From the IMG/VR virus record IMGVR_UViG_2799112954_000004, positions 1 through 64,000 of that record: a stretch of 64,000 nt of DNA; one strand, 5' to 3'. Positions 8,501 to 18,000 of this stretch are shown piece by piece. The position numbers and the translations under genes are program-made. The stretch's first letter is position 1. Every line of letters begins with the position of its first letter. The notes under the pieces are model-generated. The model saw only the letters and a program-made list of their open reading frames with translations. It did no database searches and had not been told where the DNA came from. The stretch comes from a virus. Its lineage: Duplodnaviria; Caudoviricetes.

Positions 8501-11500
8501 GATGCTGGATGTTCTTTGCCGTACCTATGGAGAAACCATTGGGGCGGAAAGCCAACGTCTCGGCTCCCGTCTGCTTGTCAACATACTTGTTGGCATTGTC
8601 AGGATTGACAACAAACTCCGTCAAGCGTGTGCCATTGAGAATAAAATCCGTAGCAAGCGAGATGTTGGCGAGGTTGCCGAAACTACGGTAATAATTGCGA
8701 AGATAAACATAGAAGTAAGTATCTTTCTCAAACGTGTTTGTACCGAGTGACAACGTGTATTTCTGTCCGGCACGCACACGCACATGCGGGTCAATGGTAG
8801 CACCTGCAGCACCAGACACGTTACCCGTAGGATAGATAGTCTGATGAGCCGTGACCTCCACTTCGAGTTTTACGCTCTGCGTGCCATCAGGCAGCATCGT
8901 ACCCATCATGGCAAAGCCGCCTTCGTCAGCATCGGGAATACCGGTATTGCCTCCCTTCCCGGCAGGACCCCACGCAGCATAGCTCACCATATAGACAATA
9001 CGGCGCATCATAAACTCCAGTTCGTACTGATCCATACTTCCCTGACTCATCCAGATAGGCTTAACCTGGCGGGCGGTCACGAAGCCGAGCGTTTCCGGGT
9101 ATTCATAACGGATACGTCCCTGCTCGTTGTAAGCACTCATCGGGAAATAACTCTCGATGAAGAAGATATATTTCCACAATGCTCCGAGAACGGTAGCCTG
9201 CTGAGACTTCTCATAAGGCCATCCGGGGATATTATCCCGCTCCGTAGCCAGCGTACACATGATAGTGAATATCTGAGCCATCACGGTGCGGAGCGTGTTG
9301 TCCGTATCGCTGTCCCATGCCTGCTCACAGAGATTAAACAGCACGTTGTTCATGCCCGAATAAGTAGGAGTCGTTGTCGCATCATCCTTATTGTACGGGT
9401 GCATACGGTCAACATCATAGTCATGTGTCACACGTCCGTTGTTATCAATAGCCATCGTGGTATCGACATCATCCGAGTGCATCTCGAAACGGCATACACC
9501 CGTATGCGTCTCCTGCGTACCATCAGGAAGCGTTATCTGAATATCGCGGTCAAACTGCGAGAGGACAAAGTACGTGTTCTTACCGCAGTTATCCGTACCG
9601 CAGAAGAAATGAATCTCCAAGTCGTAATAAGTCTGCAACGATTTCGGGTCCATGTAAAGCGGCAGACGGGCCTTGAAGTCATCGACCACACCTTTCCGCA
9701 GCATCTCGTTCAACTTGTCTGGGAGTGAAGCGTAAGTAGTACCGAACTTAGAGAAAGCATACTTGAACGGCTCCGAGCTGTTCACATAGACAGCATCCCA
9801 TCCATAGGAGCCATCCGACTTCTGCACCCATAGACCGGCATCGACCCAGGCAGCCGCACCGAAGGAGTAGCGATAGAGACGATAGCGGTCATCGCCTTGT
9901 GTCATCCAATACTTCGTATAGTAATCCTTTGCCTGATCCGAAGTGAGGAACGACGCGAGCGTACCGTCGCCCTGCGTGTAAGCCTTGATAGCGGGGTTGT
10001 GGAGATAGACAAAGTTATGGAACGCGGCAAAAGCACTGACAATATCCTCCGTAGGATAGTCTGCCTTATGCGTAGCATCCGCCAGCTCATCATCGGCACT
10101 GTAAGTAGCTCCGCCGTCGAAGTCCCAGCACTGCGACCATTTGCGGTCAGTACCCGTTCCCTCACTGACACCGAAGCCTTCGTCGTCCGTTGAATAAGTC
10201 ATCTCATCTGGACAACTGCCCTGTGGCTTCCAGATAAAAGGCACACGGAAGTCGGTACCCGTGAGCGAGTTGTCGGAGCCCTCGAACATACAGAACTTCT
10301 TGATGCTCTTCAGACCCTTAAACTTCTTTGCGTAGCCCCACGTAGCTTTATCCATCTTGCCACCGCCGAAGGTACAGCCACCACGATAAAGAATATCGCT
10401 ACCGTCATCCGGCTTGAAGAAATAGAAGAAAGGCTCCGTGTACTTAGAGACACGGACATTCTGACCGTTTGCAGCACCGAGACGCTGGAGATCATTCTGC
10501 CCCACGATAGCCGTATGGAGGTCGTTGTAGATGTTGTTCACACCTGCGAGATGCGACTGCTGACAGGAAGCATTGTTAATCTTATTCACGAGCTTCTGGC
10601 AGAACGGAGTTCCATCGGCTACCTGATAGCATGGGCCACGATAATAGCCCGTACCGTCCACGGTCTCCTCGTCACCATTGCTGTGCCATATTGTGCCACG
10701 CTGTCCGATAAAAATACCATTGCCGTCAATCCAACCGTCAGGAACCTCAATCAATCCCGTTGTCGTGTCGATGGGATATTGCTTCGGAGTGTTGCCAAGC
10801 GGGAAGTCAGCGCCAAGGTCGCCTCCGTAAATCTCCACCACCGTAGAGCCATCGTCGAGCGTCTTGGTATCAGAGATAACGATGCTGCTGTCAAATGCCG
10901 AGCGAGGAATACGAATGGTAGCCTTGAACTTCGACATATCGAACTGCTGATTCCAGTCCCAATAAGTCTTGGCAGATGAGCCCTGTGCCTTAGAGAACGG
11001 GAACGCCGATGCTTTAAGGCTCTTGTTCCATTCGGAAATGTTACCCGAAAGAATCTCTATACCCGTGGTACGGCAGAGCGAGCCGGAATGTTTCGGCAGG
11101 AAGTTACCGTCCGCATCATATTTCTTAATTTCAAACCATCCGTTGGCATTAGCCGTCTGCAAGAAATACGTCTCCTGGCCGTGCCATAAAAGCGTGTTCT
11201 TGCCATGCTTCTGCACTTTGTCGATACTGATAACCTTACCCGACTTGCCTACCTCGTCCGTGTAGATGTCGTTGTCGTCCGCAAGTTGTTTTTTCTCCAC
11301 CGTAGTGGAACGGGAAGCAATGTAGTTGGTCTGAGCATCAGCATCCGAAAACTCCTTATTGGCATACATACGCAGCGAATACAGATTAATATCCGCTCCC
11401 GTTGTACCTATCACGATGCCACCATTAGACATGGCACCCGTGCAGAACTCGTCACGATCCTCCGTGTTGAAATGAATCTCACGCTGCTTGTTACCATTGA

Positions 11501-13637
11501 TAAACACCTTAACCAACCCTATGGTCGTTGTGCTTGGGTCTTTATAGTATTGACTCGTAGTACCTGGGATATGCACATCCGGTGTGCCATACTTGACACC
11601 GTACTTAACGGGATTGACATTGGCGCAGAACGCAATCGTAAGGTGAATCTTGTTACCCTCACACCAGCCATAATCAATATCCTGATGATGGTCGCCGTAT
11701 GACTTCACCCAGAACTCGCCTCTCATAGGATAGATGCGCAAGCCACGGAACACACCGCTCACCGTCTCGCCGAGTTCAAAGATAGGATCGTCCTCATTGA
11801 CGACATTCTCGACATCGAAATCCATCTCCATCACCATTGATGACTTAGGATTGACACGGAACTGCGAGAGGGGATTGGTCTTGATTGTCAGCTTACGCCC
11901 GGAAGGGATATGGAGCATCTTCGCTGTACCCTTCGACATCCAACCGTCCGTCTGAAAGTCGAAATTATCAAACACAGAGTCCACAACACTGTTGTCAACC
12001 GTATTGATAATACGGGCAGGCTCCTTCTCCGTATTGTTACGTGTGCGAGGATTGAGCAGGAATGTCGTGCCACTGACAGGAGCATAGCTTTCACTGTTAT
12101 CAATAGCGATGCTGTACATCGGAACATTGAACGAATTGAGCAGGAAGTCCTTGAGCGTCCCGTCTGTGTCAGTGAACCATACATGCAGATAAGCATAGAG
12201 CGAGGTAGAAGTGGAGTCAATCTCCACGGATGGCACAAACTGCTGCATCTGCGAGCGTGAAGCCTGCAGATTCTCTTGTTGCTCCACGTACATCTTTACA
12301 CCGTCAGCCGTAGGAGTCCAGTTGCCGGAGATGTAATTGGAAAGATAGAACGTTACATCCACCTTCGTATCTACATCCACGATGATGTTTCCCTGCTCAT
12401 CTTTCGTAGGCACGAAAAGCGCATAGTCAAAGATTTTGCCCTCCGTGTAGTTCGTGAACTTATCGAAATAGGTCAGTTTCTCTGCGTCAGAGAGTGCCGA
12501 CATCTTATCAGCCGGGATAGCCTGTTGCAAGAGGAAAGCACGCTTATTCTCTATTCCTTTCGTCTTGGCATCAGCCTCGTTGACAACCATAAAACGGTTG
12601 ACGATGCCATTACTGTAGATAACACCACCCATGCCGTCCTCGGCAGTGAGATAGACAAGCACCGTCTTGACTCCATGCGTAAAGAGCTGGGGATTATCCG
12701 TGTCGTTGCCTACATTCAGGTTGACGATACTTCCGTTGCTCGTGATACCCGTCTGCACACCGTGCAGCACCTCTGTATTCGTCTCATCATAGATAGCATA
12801 ATGAAGCGTCTTAGCCACATTACCATTGCAGACATACGACAACGGGAACTTACGTGCACCGGCAGTTCCGAGGTTGTTGACCCAAATAGGCGTATAAGGC
12901 TGTTGGTTCGTGGATAGCTCAATGCTCAGTGACGTGCGGTTGATACTATTACCGACAGCCACCCACGTAGACGTGACCTGTTTCTCCGTACCATCATCGC
13001 CGGTATATTTGAACGATGCACGCATACGGATTTTCTGCGTTCCCGACGTGAGATACTTACCGATGTTGACCTTATCATAATTCGTAGAGGACGTATTGTA
13101 ATCATGACTCGGAAGGATGCCTGTAAGCGTATCGACATTGCTCCACGTAGAGCCACCGTCACTGCTTCGCTGGATAGTCAACGAGCCGTTGGCACCGAAG
13201 TTCAGTCTTTCTCCCGATGACGTGCGCACAGCCGAGAAACGCACCTTCACGTTGAAGTCGTTGCCATTCACAACATAGTCGGTACCTACCTTCACATCGG
13301 AGAAGAGATAAGCTGCATAACTGTCACCCTGTATCGTAGAGATAGGCAGTGCCTCGTTGACCAACAACAACGATGCGTTAGCCTCCGGGTCTGACTTATA
13401 TTTTGTACAGTCATCCTCGGACGCGAAGCCCCAAAGATGATAAAAATTGCTTGCGTCGATGTTCGTTGACCAGCACAAAAAACCGACTTTTTTCTTGATG
13501 TCGCTGTCAAGAGACTTCATCTTGTCCTTGATGAACGTCTGTACCGCCTGCCCAGAATATGGCAGTCCGTTGCTTGCATCCTTGCCCCAGTCCGCGTTGA
13601 TGTCGGGTATCGCGTTCTCGCTTATTTTCTTAGCCAT
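5532..13637 (-). CDS. Giant (2701 aa) tail/receptor-binding protein, DGR target: LamG-like, CotH-kinase-like, LRR, Ig-like, BspA LRR and C-terminal CLec domain
   Basis: DINLYSLRMY (LamG-like), KAQGSSAKTY/KINNAS/GTDNCGKNTY/DDVDT (CotH-like), IADGAFKGCSQL repeats (BspA LRR), C-terminal GGxANNGSxCG...NIGARL containing VR. Confidence 0.85.
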   Translation of the reverse strand: MAKKISENAIPDINADWGKDASNGLPYSGQAVQTFIKDKMKSLDSDIKKKVGFLCWSTNIDASNFYHLWGFASEDDCTKYKSDPEANASLLLVNEALPISTIQGDSYAAYLFSDVKVGTDYVVNGNDFNVKVRFSAVRTSSGERLNFGANGSLTIQRSSDGGSTWSNVDTLTGILPSHDYNTSSTNYDKVNIGKYLTSGTQKIRMRASFKYTGDDGTEKQVTSTWVAVGNSINRTSLSIELSTNQQPYTPIWVNNLGTAGARKFPLSYVCNGNVAKTLHYAIYDETNTEVLHGVQTGITSNGSIVNLNVGNDTDNPQLFTHGVKTVLVYLTAEDGMGGVIYSNGIVNRFMVVNEADAKTKGIENKRAFLLQQAIPADKMSALSDAEKLTYFDKFTNYTEGKIFDYALFVPTKDEQGNIIVDVDTKVDVTFYLSNYISGNWTPTADGVKMYVEQQENLQASRSQMQQFVPSVEIDSTSTSLYAYLHVWFTDTDGTLKDFLLNSFNVPMYSIAIDNSESYAPVSGTTFLLNPRTRNNTEKEPARIINTVDNSVVDSVFDNFDFQTDGWMSKGTAKMLHIPSGRKLTIKTNPLSQFRVNPKSSMVMEMDFDVENVVNEDDPIFELGETVSGVFRGLRIYPMRGEFWVKSYGDHHQDIDYGWCEGNKIHLTIAFCANVNPVKYGVKYGTPDVHIPGTTSQYYKDPSTTTIGLVKVFINGNKQREIHFNTEDRDEFCTGAMSNGGIVIGTTGADINLYSLRMYANKEFSDADAQTNYIASRSTTVEKKQLADDNDIYTDEVGKSGKVISIDKVQKHGKNTLLWHGQETYFLQTANANGWFEIKKYDADGNFLPKHSGSLCRTTGIEILSGNISEWNKSLKASAFPFSKAQGSSAKTYWDWNQQFDMSKFKATIRIPRSAFDSSIVISDTKTLDDGSTVVEIYGGDLGADFPLGNTPKQYPIDTTTGLIEVPDGWIDGNGIFIGQRGTIWHSNGDEETVDGTGYYRGPCYQVADGTPFCQKLVNKINNASCQQSHLAGVNNIYNDLHTAIVGQNDLQRLGAANGQNVRVSKYTEPFFYFFKPDDGSDILYRGGCTFGGGKMDKATWGYAKKFKGLKSIKKFCMFEGSDNSLTGTDFRVPFIWKPQGSCPDEMTYSTDDEGFGVSEGTGTDRKWSQCWDFDGGATYSADDELADATHKADYPTEDIVSAFAAFHNFVYLHNPAIKAYTQGDGTLASFLTSDQAKDYYTKYWMTQGDDRYRLYRYSFGAAAWVDAGLWVQKSDGSYGWDAVYVNSSEPFKYAFSKFGTTYASLPDKLNEMLRKGVVDDFKARLPLYMDPKSLQTYYDLEIHFFCGTDNCGKNTYFVLSQFDRDIQITLPDGTQETHTGVCRFEMHSDDVDTTMAIDNNGRVTHDYDVDRMHPYNKDDATTTPTYSGMNNVLFNLCEQAWDSDTDNTLRTVMAQIFTIMCTLATERDNIPGWPYEKSQQATVLGALWKYIFFIESYFPMSAYNEQGRIRYEYPETLGFVTARQVKPIWMSQGSMDQYELEFMMRRIVYMVSYAAWGPAGKGGNTGIPDADEGGFAMMGTMLPDGTQSVKLEVEVTAHQTIYPTGNVSGAAGATIDPHVRVRAGQKYTLSLGTNTFEKDTYFYVYLRNYYRSFGNLANISLATDFILNGTRLTEFVVNPDNANKYVDKQTGAETLAFRPNGFSIGTAKNIQHLDLHGLTTLKGDINLKDCTRLVDINTEQTKVSTVEFPETMSLETVKLSDTITGVSLPNQGNLQTLTAEGYADIKTLEFGKNTPDDAIVPFVTLCASSATQDMDIELDNVEWDVSFVMSVLLWMIKKTFKGTGHVTVSSQLTPASVQNVSDILGVECFYDDAPFYVKTSGGNFLTGPQNVISGGTADYQMIVIPRSDYTPTYSLQDYESTTKTDGDTIYNKGVAHINGRTGHLTTDESINDVAVKVQGYYSKDGHNDMDVNIGKTTYPQEIRSIQGAEAITKTGEYTYKAQLMPVVYTGKVDVVWDIVSGTTDGMTLVSNGNECTLKVTGSVPVNFNKLVLRATATCGNGSSFTKQKDVFYSQEQPVITSSSNAAVMAVCYKQGWAANANYMLRSECEAVEDLGTAFAGNLLLQHFLELQYFTGLKKIADGAFKGCSQLADFILPQTVTEIGKDAFNGCAALTSLVIPYVVTIDDGAFKGCSNISTFETGDALTTIGTEILSDAQITELSFGPNMANISLDAFDNCQKLTKVTVSSSRFLTWGMAFKNCQSLIEYAVRNDGTTILKAENTILYRTDEQTIVAVPQACTTFTTTGYKISDYAFYWNVKTIGQTVINPSTYASVLQQENVDSLKSALNDYVADCKCYVFNSKGTKMAEIKSATFEGTYDTMTKGTVTFKDGTTVDIRTLNDAGCNFMVYRPAMHIKSFTDDAGREILQQGGKIPIDGGITFREKFIGMFKGYVQNNVLKSQPGRICDGNRTIATYQALANAGGTGYTQWSYKDWCKENALHLSWFGNTNYEVNIGTGRINNYNNVRNSVTGFTLPMIGTDELYGTRPCVDSAGNAINALNFFHIEGLGELIWEFVIGYRHDESTIYIWDDDTWSESHKADYTVPYSVNNANSSYVRQMVAGEHFDMIPRLVGGSSVTGYCDGCWANTNGRLLSVGGAANNGSFCGLSASASHYGFGYADGNIGARLAFSGRPVEIEGSKLLE
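5584..5693 (-). repeat. DGR variable repeat (VR)
   Basis: Differs from TR at 11 of 110 positions, all T on + strand (A on coding strand) in TR; followed by IMH diverging from IMH* (CCTGGCTTTCTC vs CCTATCTTTTTC). Confidence 0.97.
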
Positions 13638-13649
13638 AGTATTATCGTT

Positions 13650-13820
13650 TTAATTTTTCCAACCGTCCGTATTTTTCCATGCTCGCAAGTTCAGCCACAT
13701 ACCGCTGCCGAAGCAGGAGCTGATAGCCTCCCACACGAGCTTTGCTCCCTTGTACACCGCTGTCACCGCTTTCAAGCCATAATAGCGGGCGCTCATCTCT
13801 ATGCCACCCTTGTATATCAT
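13650..13820 (-). CDS. Small conserved-type tail-region protein (56 aa)
   Basis: Below ORF-track cutoff: MIYKGGIEMSARYYGLKAVTAVYKGAKLVWEAISSCFGSGMWLNLRAWKNTDGWKN; ATG overlaps upstream stop. Confidence 0.7.
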   Translation of the reverse strand: MIYKGGIEMSARYYGLKAVTAVYKGAKLVWEAISSCFGSGMWLNLRAWKNTDGWKN

Positions 13821-14116
13821 TCCTCCAAGATGTTATAGTAAGTGTCTGCGTCAACGGTTCCTGCCGTTACAAGCGCGTCGTAGGCCTCTTGTGTCAGCGA
13901 GACCATCTTCACCATGTTGGCATTGAGCGTCTTGATGTCCTGCCCTTGCAGGTTCTGCGCCTTCTGCACACCCTCCACGGTCTTACCCATGTTGGTGTAG
14001 TTCGTGCCGAGCGTGTCTACCGACCTCTCGTTGTCCTTGATGGCCTGCACCACAGCGTTGAACTCCGTGGCCGTAAGCAGGTCGCCATCCCTCTTCGTTA
14101 CTATATCCAGTGCCAT
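13817..14116 (-). CDS. Tail-region hypothetical protein
   Basis: MALDIVTKRDGDLLTATEFN..., C-terminal TQEAYDAL..GTVDADTYYNI motif seen in phage tail accessory proteins. Confidence 0.65.
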   Translation of the reverse strand: MALDIVTKRDGDLLTATEFNAVVQAIKDNERSVDTLGTNYTNMGKTVEGVQKAQNLQGQDIKTLNANMVKMVSLTQEAYDALVTAGTVDADTYYNILEE

Positions 14117-14117
14117 G

Positions 14118-14402
14118 TCATACCAGTTTTAGCATCCCGTGGTCTTCGAGGTTCATGTCAAGCATGTACGGGAATCCGTGACCCTGCGACAGCTCGAACG
14201 GGAACGCATAAGTGAAACCTCGTTGTATCTTTGGGTCTATCATGCCGCTTGCCTTGATGGAGTTGAGGATGATAGGCATCTCGTTCGTCTTCACCATTGC
14301 TTTGCTGCTGTTGAGCATCCTTATGGTGAGACGAACGTGCCCGTCAGTCACATCCTTGCGGTCTACGATGAACCCTATCTTCTCCTTACTCGCCATTGCC
14401 AT
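14118..14402 (-). CDS. Hypothetical tail-region protein
   Basis: Tightly packed ORF; GFTYAFPFEL motif. Confidence 0.6.
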   Translation of the reverse strand: MAMASKEKIGFIVDRKDVTDGHVRLTIRMLNSSKAMVKTNEMPIILNSIKASGMIDPKIQRGFTYAFPFELSQGHGFPYMLDMNLEDHGMLKLV

Positions 14403-14670
14403 TGAGCCGCTTTATCAGCTCCCTCTTGATTGTGGCCATGAAAGGACCGTCGTTGATTACCTGCATCATCGGGCGGATGTACTCGGCAGGGATCTCCACC
14501 GGACCGTCCGAGAAGTAGATGGTCTCGGCCAGCTTGTCAAAGCCGATGTCGCCGACTACCGATCCGGTGTACTTCATCGCGTTGCCCAGCACCTTTGCAA
14601 TGCTGAATACCTTCTCGCTCCCGTTGAACGAAACCGGAACCTTGAACTTTGTGAAATTAATCTTTGCCAT
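14386..14670 (-). CDS. Hypothetical protein
   Basis: Likely start MAKINFTKF at 14670; operon packing. Confidence 0.6.
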   Translation of the reverse strand: MAKINFTKFKVPVSFNGSEKVFSIAKVLGNAMKYTGSVVGDIGFDKLAETIYFSDGPVEIPAEYIRPMMQVINDGPFMATIKRELIKRLNGNGE

Positions 14671-14681
14671 ATATCTTAGAT

Positions 14682-15008
14682 TTATAAAAAGTGAATCCAT
14701 GAGTAATGCTTTCGCACGTCGAGATAGAACCACGCACCTTGATTGGCATAGGCCTCACGCTCAAAGGAGATGTTTCTGTATGCCTTATGCCAGTTGCGCA
14801 TAACGAGAAGCCGGATTAAGAACTCCAGTACGTACAGAAGGTAGAAGCCGACAAAGGCCAGCTCCTTCTCCTGCTCCCAATGAATGTTTTCATGATTGAC
14901 ATCTTCCATGGTCATATCACAACCCTTGCGGACGAATATCACATTCAAGATGGTTATCGCCTTATATCCCTTTGGAGGGAGTATGTTGCTATGAATTATT
15001 CTCATCAT
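14682..15008 (-). CDS. Small HExxH zincin-like membrane protein
   Basis: NHENIHWEQ (HExxH) followed by hydrophobic FYLLYVLEF and AYRNISFEREAY. Confidence 0.65.
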   Translation of the reverse strand: MMRIIHSNILPPKGYKAITILNVIFVRKGCDMTMEDVNHENIHWEQEKELAFVGFYLLYVLEFLIRLLVMRNWHKAYRNISFEREAYANQGAWFYLDVRKHYSWIHFL

Positions 15009-15020
15009 AATCTTATATTT

Positions 15021-18000
15021 TTACCAATCACGTGGATTCTTCCATTGTACCCAACAACCTTTGAACGTCTTGGAACCGCCACTATACTTTTTGTCATAAA
15101 CTGTATATTGAAGCGATTTGAAGAAAACAAAGGTCATTGCATCAGACTCGCTACCCAACTTTAAGTTTGCATCAGCTATATACTGTTGGTCGTTCACAAG
15201 CATAAACGTGTCGTTTGTCTCTGTGGAGTAAGTGACACTAAAGCCTGATGAGCTCGAAACAAGTTTCTTGTATTTGCCGGGGCACACATAAACACTATTT
15301 CCGCCCTTTCCTCTTTTTATCATCAGTACGTGACCATCATCAGCATCCGTCATTTCCGGAAGGGTAATATATCTGTCACGTGAATATGTAGTGTAGTCAT
15401 CAGTGGCCTTTGCACGATAGGAGAACTGAGTATTTACCAACACTGCATTCATGTACTTTGTGAGAGTGTTATAAACTGGAATATTATCCAAATTCGTTTT
15501 TACTCCATTGTACATCTGTTGAAAAGAACTATTTGTTATCTCTTCAAGACCCAAAGACTGAGTATGGATGGCCAACCCTGATATACACCCACCTTGTAGT
15601 TTAAGGGCGATATTTTTATCCATTGAACCACTAACATCAATAACAACGCCTGTCTTAGACATCAAGCTGTTGCTGTCGTTGTCTTTGAACCATCCAAGAT
15701 AGTCATACCCAAGTGAGCTAAATGGCCCTACAACAACCTGTCTGCCGTTATTGTTAAAGCCTATCTCATCGTCAGTGAGCCACATACCGTCATTATTGGT
15801 GTTACTGAGCCCGTCAGTGAGACCAAGATAACCTCCGTTAATCTTGAAGTTACCTATCTTTCCACTCGTAGCATTGATAGTGCCACTAATGGTTGCATTA
15901 GCAGCCTCTATACTCCCATCTTCAAGTACCTTAAAGTAGGAGTTAGCCGTAACCAACCCCTCCAGCTCGATGTTGTCCGCCTTGATTTTAGCATTTGAGA
16001 TATAATTGTTGCCGTCTTTAGTAACATATACACTCATAGAAGCAGTCTTGACGATAGTCCCGTCAGCTTCTACAGCCTTGGCGTACATTCCCGCAAAGGC
16101 AGACACATCAAGTTTATCGTCAAGTAGTCCTTTCAGCTCTCCGTTTTTCCATGTATCAAAGTCAGTGGTAGCAACAAGCCCACTCTTGCTAACGTTACTC
16201 ACGTTTCCATCGCTGTCAAGAGTTACCTTTTCCGAGAACAGTTCGCTGAACATCGTCCTCGTGATAAGTCCACTCGCATCCGTCGCACCCTTACCGTCAG
16301 AGCCGAATACTACAAGCCTCAGCTCATCACCGAGGTTGTCGATGATTGCACGAGTGCATTCTTTCAGCGTCTCCCAACTCTTGCCGTTGTACATCAGCAC
16401 CTCTACGTTGCCATCCACGGTCTCATCCTTGAACGGGTCGTGCCACTTGATATTCCGCAGCACAAGGTCGTAGAGCTTCATGTTCTGTGTCTGCACGGAA
16501 CTGAAACAGGTGAGCGTCTGTTGGCCAACGATGTCAAACACCGTCTTGAACGCCCCCGCGTAGCTGTCTGAGTCGATAATCGACCATGAGGAAGAGACGT
16601 ACCTGCGCAGGTTCGTACCGTCAAACCATAAATCTCCGTCCGTAGCTGACGCTGGCTGATTGCTGGAGAACGCCACGGCAATCTTCCCGTGGTTTTGAAT
16701 GTAACCGCCCGACAGCTCGTATATCTTGTCACCAAGCATGGCCAGCTGGATGCGTGGGTCTTGCTTCGTCGACAGCTCCGAGAGGTCGGTCCAGTCTTCC
16801 AACCGTTCAAGGCTGCTCGTTGTGTCGCCGCTCTCCCGATCCACAAGACTTATCATCACATTGTTGCCGTTGCCGGTCTGTATCCACATGTCGCCTTTCT
16901 TGTAGGGAGGTGTAGGCACGGCTTCGGTGACGAACGTCTGTACCTTCTCATCTGCAGAAGACTGGGCGTTATCTGCAAGCTCCTTGGCGTACTTAGACAG
17001 CAGGGTGATGTACGCAGACTTGGCCGCACACATATTAGACCATGCCGTTCTGAATGAATCAGCGTCGATGGTGCTTGTGTCAGTGATGTACTCCTTGGTG
17101 TCAGTAAATGAACGCATAACAGGCGGGTCTTGCAGCCATTGCGGAAGGATGAGCTCCGAGTTGCTGTCTAACTGAATCGTCCATCCGGTTGAGGTGGAAG
17201 CAGTCGTATTCATCAATGAGCCGACGCCTTGGAAGCAAACCTCAACATTGTTGAAAGCATCTTTGATGTCGTCATTATAGAATTTGCCATCACTGTCCTT
17301 ACCCTTATCTTGAAGCCCATTGTTGTCATATAGCTCATGGTAGAAAGCAAGGAAATCACGTTTGATGATAATCTTCTCGCTTGGGTCGAGCTTACCGTCT
17401 GAAACGATGTCATCAATTCTCTCCTTCTGTTTGTCTGCAGTGGACTGAGCATTGTCGGCCAATTCCTTAGCTTTGGCAGAGATCATCTTCAGTACTGCGG
17501 CAAAGGCAGTGTAGTAGGCAGTCCATGTATTCCTATAGGTGACTGCATTAATCGTAGGTGTCTTGCTGAGGTCAGTGTCAACGGTCACGTCAAGCCAAGA
17601 GGGAGTGGTCCCGCTGCTGAGGTCGCTTGATGTGTAGCTGGTGCCATTGTTTAGCATGGTGGCCACTGCGTAGAAGGCAGTTTTGTACGTATTCCAAGTT
17701 TCCTCGCCCAGCAGTGAGTAGTCATCTGCCTGCTCGTAATACTTGTTATAGTTGCTCACTGCCTTGCTCCACTCTATCAATAGCTCTGACTTCTCAGAGC
17801 CACGACTGATGATTCCGTCTGAAACGATGTCGTTGACCTGATTCTGCAGGTCTCTCGCTTTCTCCAGTGCGTCGATGGTGTCTTGGTCGGTCACTTCCTC
17901 CCAATAATAGGTCGTAGTGGTCGTAGTCGTCTCACTAATCCACCTCCAAGCACGGCCACCGTCAGAGGCAGGGGCAATGTCTGTGTCGTAGAACAGGTCC

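Noticed and set aside
13642-13854. 70-aa ORF in the ORF track
   Set aside because: Wrong frame; the overlapping 56-aa ORF 13650-13820 has a coupled start and a phage-tail-like sequence
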